A DNA stretch of 63,670 nucleotides, filler included, from Octopus bimaculoides (Eukaryota): assembly GCF_001194135.2 (NCBI RefSeq). It is 6 parts of 6 records of this genome, joined end to end, with 100 filler letters (N's around TTAATTAATTAA, not from the genome) between each part and the next. Parts side by side here need not be neighbours in the genome. Positions count along the whole stretch, not along the records: positions 1 to 23,175 come from NC_068987.1; positions 23,276 to 31,659 come from NC_068997.1; 4 more parts are not named here. One strand, written 5' to 3'. The notes below the pieces were generated by a model. That model ran no database searches, was not told where the DNA came from, and saw only the letters and a list, made by a program, of their open reading frames with translations. Both the position numbers and the translations under genes were made by a program. Below, piece after piece: positions 11,846 to 24,356 of this stretch (position 1 is the first letter of the stretch; every line of letters starts with the position of its first letter).

Positions 11846-12361
11846 ATTACATGGAAAAATGCGAGAATGAAAAGTTATATTCTTAAGATTATAAACCTGG
11901 AAAAGTACAGGACAAGTTATTACACCTGTAAAAGTATAGGACAAGCTATTACTTCTAGTAAAGTAAAGAACAAGAAACTTTTTACTTAAAATATTGCAGC
12001 TAAAATTAAAATTTGAATATTACAACTTATTTTATTATAGTTTACAAATAACATTATACTTATTTTAGTAGAATTTAGCTAATTTACTACCTTTAATACA
12101 GAAAAAAGTGACTCATTAGATAAACTTACAAATTAGCTGAACAGTTTTGTACAATAAATTTAAAAGATGAGAACTGTAAAGAGTGATAAATTAGAAGAAC
12201 TGGCATTATTTGCTGCAATATTTTAAGTAAAAAATTTCTTATTCTTTACTTTACTAGAAGTAATAGCTTGTTCTATACTTTTACAGGTGTAATAACTTGT
12301 ACTTTTCCAGGTTTATAATCTTAAGAATATCACTTTTCATGCTCGCATTTTTCCATGTAAT
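11846..12361. repeat. Foldback / MITE-like element with ~150-bp inverted arms (11846-12000 and 12212-12361)
   Basis: The left arm ATTACATGGAAAAATGCGAGAATGAAAAG...AATATTGCAGC is the reverse complement of the right arm GCTGCAATATT...CTTTTCATGCTCGCATTTTTCCATGTAAT, with a few substitutions and one small indel. Spacer ~210 bp. Confidence 0.9.
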
Positions 12362-14681
12362 AATGTAATGGACCATAACTGCTCTCTCTATATTTTTCAA
12401 TAAAATTCTTGAAATAATGATACATATATTATTTATAATGTATACACCAATACAGATTGCTGCTAGCAGTAAGATTTTTTGTCTCAGAAAACAACTTCTC
12501 TTAAACAATATATTAAAAATACAGCATGTTCCAAACAACTTCAGCAGACCACCAGACACATGTTTCCTTCAAATTACACCTTGTAATATCAAAAATAAAA
12601 AAGATGGAATGGTGATACCTAGAATAATTTTGATCATATGTCCAGTCAATCAAGGCTGACTGGGGAGTGAAGAACAATTATATGTACCAGATAAAGTGAC
12701 AGCCACTGGCTAATTTGTGAGGTACTGTGTGATGTTTGATGATCACACATCCAAAACACCACAAAGCCTACACACATGTATATGTTCAACCACAACACTA
12801 CAAAGCTGTATACATGCACACAAATCCACAATACCACACAATTCATGCTGACCCCAGAAACAAACCCTAAATATTTGGTGAAACAAGAAATCATGATTTA
12901 AATAAAACATTTAATCAATATGTATATCACATAGATAAGTGCAGTTAATAAGTACAACTGCATCTCACAATACAGTGTAGTACTGTAATATTCCCATGGT
13001 TTTAATGGTTCCAAATTGGTAGAGAATAGAGAAAACAGAGAGGAGTTAATAGCATTGAAAAATTAATATATTCTCTCTCTTTATACAACACACACAAGAA
13101 GACTCATCTAACTCATGTGAGGATGGAAAAAGCAAATGGGAAAAATAATGATGATACTGGGGTGTGTGTGTGGGGGTGTGTCCTTCTCAAGGGACTTTTG
13201 CTACTGTTGATAAGTATTAAAGAGAAAACATGGACAAAGAGACATTCATGGAATCAGCAATATTGATGGGGTGGGGGGTCAGGTGGAGGCAGTATTTTCC
13301 TGGTTTAGGATATTAATAATTCACTAACAAAAATGTCAGGATAGAAAGAAATGAGGAGATCCAAGAGTGAGAGAGATAATATAGAGAAAAGATGATGATG
13401 ATGCAATAGACACAAGCTGTCCAGTACTTCTGTCTACGATGAGATAATGTGCTAGTGACAGTAGTGGCAGTAATGGGGCATAGTGCTGTGAGGATAAATG
13501 TGGTTATAAGTGTAGCAGTGGTAGTAGGATAATGGTACAGGTAATGAAGACACATGGGTCATTGTTTAAGTTAAGAGCAGCTCTGATTTAAAGGCATTTC
13601 ACTTATATGACCATCCCTCTGACAATATTACCCAATGTATCCTTCCTTTTGTTTTGATTTTTTAGAGTAGGATTTGATTTTAGAAAGATTTGGTTACATA
13701 GGGCTCCCTTGTCAAGATATATGGCAGTATAGTGGGAGTTAGTTGTGATACAAGAGGACGATAGGTAATATTTTGCCACCTCATACTTAACCAATGATGG
13801 TCTCCTTTGACTAGGTACAAGGCCAATGTTTCATGAGAGGAGAATAATACAATCAAGATGAAAGAACAAGTCAGACCTCAGTGGGATCTGAGCTCAGAAA
13901 ACCGGGGTAGAGTGGAGTTAACCTAATCAATCCCAGTACCTGACTGCTACTTATTTTCCTCAACTAAAAACTAAGTCAACCTTGATGAGATTTGAACTCA
14001 AAGTATCTAGGGACAGAGTACCATTGAATTCATCTCCCCAGTAGATTACTGATAGTTATTTCATCAACCCCAGAAGCATGAAAAGTAAAGCTAGCCTAAG
14101 TCAGAACAACAGCATTATCATCATTTGAACATCCTCATTTCTATGCTGGAATGTGCTGGGTGGAGTTGAGGCAGATTTTCAACAACTGAATGCTCATGTT
14201 GCCAATCCTCACTTGTTTCCAAGCAAAGTAATATTTCCCATGGCCAGACATATTTTCTATGGATGACTGGAAATGAACACCATTGCTTGTATGATTGTGA
14301 CAGCCATCACATGATGACAAGCTTCTTTCAGTTTCCATTTACCAAATCCACAGGAAAGATGAAAAGTTGAAGTCAACTTCAGAAAGAGTTGAATTAAGAG
14401 AGCAAAAGAAAACTAAACATCCCAATATATTCTGTTTATAACTACCAGTTCTTCCAACCAACATCATTATGAACCATTGTGAGAGCCTCTACATGGACAT
14501 TTGAGCTGCTAGAAACAGAAACCAAATTTCTCTCAAGTCATGCCCTATTGTCATAAAAAAGAACCTATTGGATAATGTCGTGCTGGCACATGGGGAAAAA
14601 ACAGAATAGCCATGGTTAGAGTGCCTTTGATTATAGGTTTGTTTGATTAGGACTGACCTGAGACAAAACAATTAACATTAA

Positions 14682-16434
14682 CCCTTTAGTGCTTAGACCG
14701 GCCAAAACCAGCTGAAAATTATTCCCCTTTATTTGTTTGGCCGTATTTGATTCTTCTATGAAATCGCTAAAAAAATAAAATCAAATTACTGAATCCTCGT
14801 AGCTTTGAAATAATGCAAGATAAAGTCTTTCCCGCCTTTATTCAAGTAAAAATATGGTGAAATTTTTGAGACTGCTTGGTTTTTTTCAATGTTTGAAGAA
14901 AAGTGTATATCTTAGTTTTTAAAGATATGATGCTAGCAAGTAGCGATTCTGACTTTGAAAGTTTTACTCTCGATGATATACAAAATATCAATGCAAACAA
15001 CAGCGATTTGTCTTTGTATGAATCATAATTGACATTTATGAATCTTCATTGGATAACAAAGGTTTTGATAATGAAAGTGATGAAAATGATACTGAAAACA
15101 TTACAGCAACATGGCTGAAGATTACTACATCAACCACAATTCCCGATTTCACAGAAAAGACTAGTCCACAGTACAGTCTACCTCCCAATGCTCAACCATT
15201 GGACTATTTATTTTCATTTTTACTGCAAAGCTTTTTTTGAAATTGTCATGAAGGAAACAAATATGCTCAACGCATAATTTCTATTCATGGAAGACCTGAT
15301 CCACTATGGCAGCCAACTGATCCTGCGGAAATGTGAGCTTTTTTTTACTATAAACTTTATGTTTAGTATCAAGCAGCTTCCTCAATTGTGGAACTACTGG
15401 AATCCTGATAGAAGGTATGGTGATCCATATATCTCCAGCATTATGTCTAACTCTAGCTAATTCATATACTGTTTATGTAAAAAGTTACAAGGTACTTCTG
15501 CCACCAAAGGACCATTTGAAATTTTGGGTCGACATCGCATCTCAGTTATGTGAGGGCTTTCCTTCCAGAAAGCACAGAACTGAGAGAAAAGCAAAATTAA
15601 CTGTGGTGGATGTCAATAGAAAAAATATTGACTTCCATAAAGTGGAAAAAAATAAATGGAAGGAAAAAAGTTTGCAGACTGTGTTTCTGCAAAAAAACAT
15701 CAGGTCGAGACCTCATATATGTGTTCATTTGGCAAAGTACCCTTGTGTAAAGGGTGCTTTGGACAGTTTCAAGATAGAAATATGGTATTACAAATAATAT
15801 GTGAAAGTGAGGAATACATATTAATTTCCAGTATGCTTACACACTTGTATTCACCTTTGCCTCACCTGTTAATTAGCCTTTTTTATTAGTTGCATTCTGT
15901 TATGTAAAAGTATTCTTTAAATTGTATAAGAGTACATAGCCAATGATATATTGACTAGTAAAAGAGTTTTGTACTTTATTTTCAATGAAAGCGTTTAAAT
16001 GAAATATAGAGAAAGAATAAAATCTTGCACCAATTATACCTGTTTTAATTTAATTCAAATTAATGTACCACATCTTGAAAAGTGGCAAAATTGTTGGCTG
16101 CTGGCATCTGGGATAATTTAGTAACAAATCAAACAGGTAGGATACGTTAAGAATTTGAATTTTAGTGTTTATACATAATGTTATTGCTTTTACACCAGTT
16201 AATTAAATTTACCTGCCCATAAAAGAGTCAAATTTAATCAGCAAGATCAGCTAAAATTACATAACTATAATTCACTGGTATATAAGCACCCACTGACAAA
16301 ATATCAAATCTGTATGTAAAAAATTAACAAAGTTACAAGCAAATATTGTGGACATCCCTCTTGAAACTGAATAATTCAAAATAACGTGAACAAATAAGCA
16401 TTACATTTGACAGATTTATCTGAACACTAATGGG
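14682..16434 (+). mobile_element. piggyBac-family transposon, internally deleted
   Basis: TTAA at 14678-81 and 16435-38; ends CCCTTTAGTGCTTAGA / TCTGAACACTAATGGG. Disrupted transposase: N-terminus PDFTEKTSPQYSLPPNAQPLDYLF...WQPTDPAEM...QLWNYWNPD...PYISSIMS, then directly LANSYTVY and a C-terminal Cys-rich remnant (KKHQVETSYMCSFGKVPLCKGCFGQF). Confidence 0.85.
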
Positions 16435-16855
16435 TTAAATTTAAAAAAACAACAAAAAGAAACATTCTCAGCAACAGGTTAGGGAACTGAAACCATTGTT
16501 AAGAATGTGGTGAGAACTCATAGCCAACATACCCAGACATTTAACATCAATATAACTCAGTAATTAACCTAAGTGATTAATTTTTTAAATATCTGCATGG
16601 ATTAGGGACAAGAGTATATCCCTAAGTTATTCATAATTTGATAGAGATACGTCAACAATAGCTAGTAAAAGGTTAAAAGTATCTTTAATTGCATTATAGT
16701 CAATAGTAAAACAGAAAATGTTAATAGTGTTGATAAAGCTGATGATGATGGGAGGGTATTTGCATAAATGTGTGCAAGTGCTATGTACATATTAACAAGC
16801 ACAGCATAAGGATGTTATGTGTGTGTGCGTGCGCGCAGGCAATAAATATAGTAAT

Positions 16856-17160
16856 GCATGGCACCTTAGGCAAGTGTCTCCCACCATAGCCTTGGGACGG
16901 CCAAAGTTTTGCGAATGGACTTGATAGACAGAAACTGAAAGAAGCCCATATATGTGTGTGTGTCTTTGTGCCTGTGTTTGTCCCCCACCACTGCTTAATA
17001 ACAGATGTTGGTATGTTTACATCCTCATAACCTAGTGGTTCAGCAAAGATACTGATAGAGTAAGTGCTAGATTAAAAAAAAATATAAGCACTGAGGGTCA
17101 TTCAATGAAAATTTTTCAAGATGGTGAGTGCCCCAGCATAACCACAGTCTAATGGCTGAA
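16856..17160 (+). mobile_element. SINE family B copy (5'-truncated)
   Basis: GCACCTTAGGCAAGTGTCTC...GAAACTGAAAGAAGCCC...CCCCAGCATAACCACAGTC matches 2787-3140. Confidence 0.8.
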
Positions 17161-17515
17161 GGAAGGAAGGAAGGAAGGAAGGAAGGAAGGAAGGAAAAAG
17201 AAAGAGAGGGAGAGATAGAAAGAGAAAAAGAAAGAAAGAAAGAAAGAAAGAAAGGAATGAAGGAAGGAAGGAAAGAGAAAAGGAAAGAAAGAGAAAGAGA
17301 GAGAGAAATAAAGAAAGAAAGAATGAAAGGAGGGAAAGAAAGAGAAAGAAAGAAAGAAAGAGAAAAAAGAAAGAGAGAGAAAAAGAAAGAGAGAGAGAAA
17401 GAAAGAGTGAAAGAAAGAAAGGAAGAAGGAAAGAAAGAGAGAGAGAGAAAGAGAAAAAAGAGAGACAGAAAGAGAGAAAAAGAGAAAGAATGAAAGAAAA
17501 AGGAAGAAATTGATA
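17156..17515. repeat. ~360-bp almost pure polypurine tract (GGAA/GAAA/GA mosaic)
   Basis: Directly visible; it produces the spurious E/R/K-rich and F/L/S-rich ORFs. Confidence 0.95.
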
Positions 17516-18159
17516 GCTAGATATGCAAACATACATATCTACAAATACATATACACACACATACTACCACAAAAACCTTGCAATGTAATTACCATAAGGA
17601 GAGAGAAAAAACATCCATCACTGATAAAATCAAAAGTGAATGAAAAAATGCATAAAACAAAATAAAATAACAGCAACAACAAGATCTGTAAAAGAACAGA
17701 CACATTATGTAACAAGAAAATGGCTGCTTCAATGTAGAGGGACAGGAGAGTGATGGTAGGAGAGAAGAGAAAGGGAAAAGCTGGAACTGGTTTGTCCAGC
17801 TTACAGAGATTGACTTTTTTATAGCCAAGTAATAGAAGTGGACTGAGGTTTGTCAAAGACAACTTGCCTTACTGTGTGGTACTGTCAACACTACCATCCA
17901 CTATACTGTTCCCACAAGTGTTCAACCACCCATTCTACTGCCAAAACACATCTGCCTCCCTATTAACTTCTATACTGCTCTAACAATTGTCCTATTGTTA
18001 TAGTGGATATGGAAAAACCTAGCTGAGATAACAGAGAACACCTAGGGGATTCTTACATTCAATAACACATGGTCAGTGTAATGATTAGCAATAATTTACT
18101 TCTTTCTACCAAAGGCACAAGGCCTGAAATTTGTGGTGGGGGGACCATGAACTTGCCAA

Positions 18160-19804
18160 GGGATACAATCTCCTCCACCACTGCAGAAGTTTTTCAAAGT
18201 TCATTTCAGACACAACCTCAGGCTACAGCTTCTTCCACACAGAAATCAAGGTTCTCTTTGTACCACCCTGCCAGGCCATTTGATAATTCTGAGGCAAATC
18301 ACAATGTTATAGTGGTCCTTCCAGAACTCTCGAAGCGTTTCTGCTCTCCATCACCCCAAAACAGTGGTGCAACAAGTGTTTGGTGAAGAGCTTCTTGAAA
18401 TTAGAAATCACCTGCTGGTCCAATGGCTGCAGGATAGGGCTGGTGTTGGGTGAAAGGTAGAGAACCTTTATAAATTTGAACTCTTCAAGGATGTCATCTT
18501 CCAGGTTAAGTGGGTGAGCGGGTGCATTGTCCAGGACGAGAAGGGCTTGCAAGGGTAGGTTATTTTCCTGGAGATATTTTTTAATATTAGGACCAAAGAC
18601 AAAATTCACCCACTCCACAAAGAACTGCCTGGTGACCCATGCCCTCAGGTTTACCCTCCACATAACATGCAGTTTTTCTTTCAGAATCTTGTGGGACTTA
18701 AAAGCTCTGAGGTTTTCCAAATGATAAACAAGCAGTGGTTTAATCATGCAGTTGCTGCTCACATTGGCATACAGTGTGAAGGTTAGCCTACCCTTCATGG
18801 GTTTGTGGCCTGGCATCCTCTTCTCCTCTGCTGTTATCTAAGTCTTCCTTGGCATCTTCTTCCAAAAAAAAAAAAAAAGTCCTGTCTCATCACAGTTGAG
18901 GACTTGCTGGGGGATGTATCCTTTGGCTGCTATAATTCCAGCAAAAGTTTTGAAGTAATCCTCAGCTGCCTTCATATCCACGCTCGCTGCCTCACCATCC
19001 CTGACAAGAGAATGAATACTGGTCCTCTTTTTAAAATTCTCGAACCATCCCCAACTGGCTTTAAACGGCTTGCCCTATGCCTCGTCTGGACAAGTGCCTG
19101 GGGTCAGCTGCAGCAAACCAGCGTAAATAGTTTGTGCCTTCTCGCAGATTATAGCCTCCATCACGGTTTCTCCTGCAACCTTTCAATGCCCTTGGCTGGC
19201 GTTATAGCCTTTATCGACTCTTCCTGCTTCAGTATGGTGCAGAGCGTAGAAGTGCTATGCTCATACTGCTTCACCAAGTCAACTCCATGCACACCTTGGT
19301 CATGATTTTCAATAATTTCTTTCAATGCACATCATTCGCTTCTTCTTCTCAGCACTGTCCTTTGCACTTACTTTCTTCAGACCCATGGTTGGAAAAATGA
19401 AGTTTTGGAAAATAACTGCAAGCAAAATTGCGAGCACAACACTGATGCTTTTGTAGCCTGCAATGACTAAGTAAGCATTTTACTACCCATCTAGCTAACG
19501 ATCCACTAATGATCCTCTAACAATCTTCGCACTTGCTAATGCACATGTCTGTCTAGTTATCTACTAATGATCTTTGTACTTGCTAAAATGCATGTCTATC
19601 AAGCTCTTGAGTAAGACATGGGATGTTGGGTGGATGTTACAGCATTCACTGTGTTGTTCACTACACCAACTAGTGGTGGGATATCTGAAGCTGGCTCACA
19701 ACCCAAATTTTAGCTTGCAACTCAAAGCAAAAAAATCAGCTGAGAGACAGCTCGTATTTCGAAAAACTTTGTAGTTGGGACACTCATAAGCCAAGGTACC
19801 ACTG
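18160..19804 (-). mobile_element. Tigger/pogo (TIGD1-like) transposon, decayed, with 5' TIR
   Basis: ATG at 19386 gives MGLKKVSAKDSAEKKKRMM...(HTH remnant). ORF 18307-18816 carries the DDE_1-type LLVLDNAPAHP...LSPNTSPILQPLDQQVISNFKK, continuing REFWKDHYNIV. The end reads TA-CAGTGGTACCTTGG at 19806-19791. Confidence 0.9.
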
Positions 19805-19806
19805 TA

Positions 19807-20092
19807 CTTATCTTCTTCATAAGCCTGGCACTTATTCTATCAGTCACTTTTGCTGAGCGGCTAAGTTATGAGGATATAAACACACCAACACTGGTTGTCA
19901 AGCAGTGGTGAGGGACATGCACACAAATATGTATATACGATGGTCTTCTTTCAGTTTTTTGTCTTCCAAATCCACTCACAAGGCTTTGGTTGGCCTGAGG
20001 CTATAGCAAAAGACATTTGCCGAAGATACCATGCAGTGGGACTGAACCTGGAACCATGTGATTGAGAAGCAAGTTTCCTACAACACAGTCAC
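19807..20092 (-). mobile_element. SINE family B copy
   Basis: CCAAATCCACTCACAAGGCTTTGGTTGGCCTGAGGCTATAGC...GGGACTGAACCTGGAACCATGTG is the reverse complement of the family B head and body. Confidence 0.85.
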
Positions 20093-20510
20093 AACTGCAC
20101 ATTATCTACATATACACACAAATTTTTATACACATACACAGATATAGGCTTTGTTATTCATCCTGAAGAGATAAATATATTTATCTATATGTAAAGGGGG
20201 GAGCGGAGAGTATATCTAAGTATGTAATAAGGGGAAAGTTAAGTTAGCAACTAAATACCCAAAAGTATTTTTGTCTCTTCTAGTCTTAGTTTAATAAATC
20301 ACAACTGGCATCAAATGGCTTGTTCCTGCAAAGTCCATAAATTTAATGTTGATGATTCAGTGGACCAACTCCTCAATGAAATATTAACCTTGTGCATAGT
20401 GACATAAACAAAAATCAATAATCTACATAGTAACTAACTAAACCATTAGGATATGTATATGAACAACCACCATTGTTTTGTGTGTCTATGCATATATGCA
20501 TACACACAGT

Positions 20511-20542
<32 letters not shown>

Positions 20543-21407
20543 GCAAATGTGACAATAGCATGTTCTCTACTTTCATGATAAGACCAAAACTATCAATTAT
20601 ACTACAACAACCACCACCAGTACTAATATTACCAAAGCCATCAACCACACCTAAAACATGCTACTAATGTAAGAATCTCTATGTAGTTACTCAATCTGCT
20701 AGAAATAGCAGCTAAAAATATCCTTCAACTCACATTCCTACATCTGTCACTGGACAGAACAAATTACATAAATGCAATCCTACATATATATATATATATA
20801 AAACAACAGGAAAGTCATGGCTGGGATGCTACCACCACTACTATTAGAGTCATCATTCACCACTATCACCATCCAGCATTAATAAACTACTGAAGCTACA
20901 CCACAACTAAAAACACCAACCACCACCACCACCTCCATCGCTGCAAAAGCTAGCAGCCATAAACATCATCATCATAAATTACAACACAAACACAAGTCAA
21001 AGGCAAAAATATAAAAACCTCAGATAATATTGATGTTTCTATATTTGTCTGCTGTGCTTTCCAATTCCAACCTCCACATCAACACACTAAGATCCACTAC
21101 AGTCTCAGTGAAGGACAACTTTAGCTCAATTTTTATCCTCTTCACTGTTTTCTGGTCTATTTATAATTTGATGCACTTTGCATCTTTTTTTGAAACTGTA
21201 ACTGGAACAAGTAATGATAATCTTTGTGCTATATTGATTCAAATATTCTTTTATTGATTTCAATCATTAGACTACAGCCCTGCTGGGGCACTACTTAAAA
21301 TATTTTGGTCAATAAATCTTAGGACAAATTTTAGTCTTTATCAATCCTTACTTATCAAATAGCTAAGTTACCATTATATTAGAGGGATGCAACAAGATGC
21401 TGTGTTT

Positions 21408-21466
<59 letters not shown>

Positions 21467-21629
21467 NNNNNNNNNNATGCTTGTTATAATAAAAATTGAC
21501 AATCTGCTCAAGTTTCACCCTTGGGTCATCACAATTGTGAATGAAATGAAATGAGGCCTGTACTATTTATAAAATTAATAGGAAGGGTTAGTTTACATGA
21601 GCCTGGTATTCAGCTAATGCTGACACTAT

Positions 21630-21941
21630 CTTTTATCTTTTACTAGACCACAACTATGCTGGGGCACCAATTCTATTGATCTCTTTAACCAAATTGTTTA
21701 GTCACAGGGATGTAAACACACCAACACTAGTTGTTGAACGGAGGTAGGGTACAAACAGACACAAAGAGATATATGTATAGATATATATGACAGGCTTCTT
21801 TCAGTTTCTGTCTACCAAATACACTCACAAGGCTTTGGTTGGCCTAAGGCTATAGTAAAAGACACTTGCCCAAGGTGTCACGCAGTGGGACTAACCTGGA
21901 TCTATGTGGTTGGGAAGCAAGCTTCTTACCACAGAGCCATG
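21630..21941 (-). mobile_element. SINE family B copy
   Basis: Same body as 19807-20092, ending GGGAAGCAAGCTTCTTACCACAGAGCCAT. Confidence 0.85.
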
Positions 21942-22049
21942 CCTGTGCATATCTACATATAATATACTCTTTTATTTTCAGTGGTTTCAGCTGATGAACT
22001 GTGGCCATGCTTGAGCACTACTTTATTTTTATTTATTTATTTATTACAC

Positions 22050-23110
22050 TCTCCCCATCCATTTTGTTGAAGTTTTATGATTGGAAGTTGGTCTATTATT
22101 GAGTTAGTAGTAACTGATCTTCCTTGTGTATAACTTTGGATAGTTGGCTGGTCTGGTATTTTGGTTAGGATTTCCTTGAATGTTTTTTGAATGTTTCAAT
22201 AAAAATACTTGTATGTTTCTGATTTCTCTAGGTAGGCAGTTGAACACTAGAGGGCCACTAAATATCAGATTGTTGCAGTATAGTGTCCTTGCTCGTGATT
22301 TTGAAAGTGGTGTATGTGGAAGCTGGCAGTATCAACCAGTTCTTACATTAAAGCTTTCTTTAATGTCAAAGTTTGGAATATGACCTTCCAGGAACTTCTA
22401 TACATAAAAATAACAACATATCTCTACTGGTACTGTTCAAAGGATGTAGAAACAGAGAAGTTTGAGAAGTTCCCAGTAATTAAATCTGATCACCAAAGTT
22501 ACTTTACTAATGAACAATCTCTGTAACCTTTCCATTTCTTCCATGAGATCAAGTGTGTTAGAGACCAAAGCTGTGTACAGTAATTTAGTGTAAACAAAAT
22601 TAAAGTTTTCTCTAGAGTCAGCATAACTACTTGTTCTATTAGGATTCATCCTTTGAGATGTCTGCATTTAGAGATCAAGTTGGTACTGTGTCTGATGAAA
22701 GACATGATTACTCCCAAATCCCGGTGTCAAATAATTTATATTGCACATGTCAATTCTGTACTGAAGAACCTGAAATTTTGATATGTTAAATTTCATCTTT
22801 TCATCTATTCATTAATAGGTGAGATTTAACTCATTATGGAGTGTGACAGCAACTTCTGCAGTTTAGATAGCAATCAATACATTTGTGTCACTGGGGTAAC
22901 AGAGTATCTAATAGTGTTTTGATAAATAATAGTGGTACTAGAACTGTATCTTGAGGCACATATTATTAAAAGAGAGGAGACTGTTTATAGCAACGGATTA
23001 GATTCCTACACTGTACAAAGTCAAAGACCCATTTTCCAAGTAAGCTGAAGGATGCCTCACTCCCAGTGGTCTTCCAGCATGCCAGACATTAACTCCAAAT
23101 GTCTGAAGGA
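22050..23110 (-). mobile_element. CR1/L2-type LINE ORF2 remnant (RT domain to C-terminus), heavily frameshifted
   Basis: Minus-strand pieces: VPQDTVLVPLLFI (GVPQGxVLGPLLF), DLGVIMS, MLTL...LNYCTQLWS, RTLYCNNLIFSGPLVFNCLPREIRNI, IPDQP...TNSIIDQ. Confidence 0.75.
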
Positions 23111-23138
23111 TCATGCTATTGCTATATATATATATATA

Positions 23139-23175
<37 letters not shown>

Positions 23176-23219
23176 NNNNNNNNNNNNNNNNNNNNNNNNN
23201 NNNNNNNNNNNNNNNNNNN

Positions 23220-23231
23220 TTAATTAATTAA
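23220..23231. other. Artificial scaffold spacer TTAATTAATTAA (also 31704-31715, 33848-33859, 36202-36213, 61374-61385)
   Basis: The identical 12-mer sits each time between two 44-N runs (100 bp total) and has stop codons in all six frames. Confidence 0.95.
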
Positions 23232-23275
23232 NNNNNNNNNNNNNNNNNNNNNNNNNNNNNNNNNNNNNNNNNNNN

Positions 23276-23325
<50 letters not shown>

Positions 23326-24174
23326 CGATATATCTATCTCTCTCTATATATATCGCTCTCTCTCTCTTTCTCTCTCCCTGATGAAGAGTAAGGATCCAAA
23401 ACGTTAGCTTCTTCACTTCTGCATACTTCTATTGGACTTACCCAGCTCCTTTTTATGTTAGTTAGTAGGGGAGTTATTATTATTATTAACTCATTAATAA
23501 GTCGGTGAGCTGGCAGAATCGTTATTGCATCGGACAAAAATGCTCAGTAGCATTTCTTCCGGCCCTAGTTTTGCTGTATTTCAAAGAGCCAGTTTTGCCA
23601 CGTTCTGTATCACACTGAATCTCCCTGGGAACTAAGTTAAGGGTACGCGCGTCTGTGGAGTGCTCAGCCACTTGCACGTTAATTTCACAAGCAAGCTGTT
23701 CCACTGATCAGATCATCTGGAACCTACATCGTCGTAACCAACACACACACAATAGAAAGACATCTCTCTAATCGTCTTCAACATTAGAATTTTTGATTAC
23801 AGAAATTATGATACACTCTATTGTAACAACTCTACAATTATGTCTAAATATATAAATTTCATGCTCTGGCAAGATTTTCGCCCGTCTTCCCCCCCAAAAA
23901 ACCACCCTTAAAAATTTTTCTTTTTTCGACTACTGGCAATTCGAATCTGCAAAAAAAAAAAGGCAAAAATCGGCATTTTTTTAATTACCCACACCCCCCA
24001 TTTCCTTCATTTTTTACTTTTTTCAGAAATTTTTTTTTTTCAAAATATGCGGAAAAATGTGGAAATTATGATTCTGAAGCCAATCTCCAAAAATTTTTGT
24101 AAAATTTTTTTTAAGAATTTTTTCCCCCTAAATATGCGGAAGAATACGGACAGAAATTTCAAAACATCTCTGTA

Positions 24175-24210
24175 GTTACGGTTAGGGTTAGGGTTAGGGT
24201 TAGTGTTGGG
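24175..24210 (+). repeat. Short interstitial telomere-like repeat, (TTAGGG)3 with degenerate flanks
   Basis: GTTACG GTTAGG GTTAGG GTTAGG GTTAGT GTTGGG, inside an A/T-run-rich, CpG-containing repeat-like block (~23860-24340). Confidence 0.8.
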
Positions 24211-24356
24211 GAAAAAAGTCAAAATTGAAGAATTTGTGGGGCGGGTTAACAATGCCGATTTTTGGCAATTTTCTGGAACCTCCGTATACGAAAACGGGTG
24301 TTTTCCCATGCTCTAAACTGTCTTTCCCATGCTCTAAACTGATATCAGTTGTTTAC

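Noticed and set aside
13660-13765. Plus-strand acceptor ttttttAG and donor AG|GTAATA pair
   Set aside because: All three frames hit stops between the sites.
17128-17493. 121-aa E/R/K-rich ORF resembling a coiled-coil or splicing-factor tail
   Set aside because: It coincides exactly with the GAAA/GGAA polypurine tract that follows a SINE end.
18307-18816. Tigger ORF as a domesticated TIGD-like host gene
   Set aside because: The upstream HTH region is frameshifted, the downstream part is broken, and a TIR with TA site is still present; it is a dead transposon.
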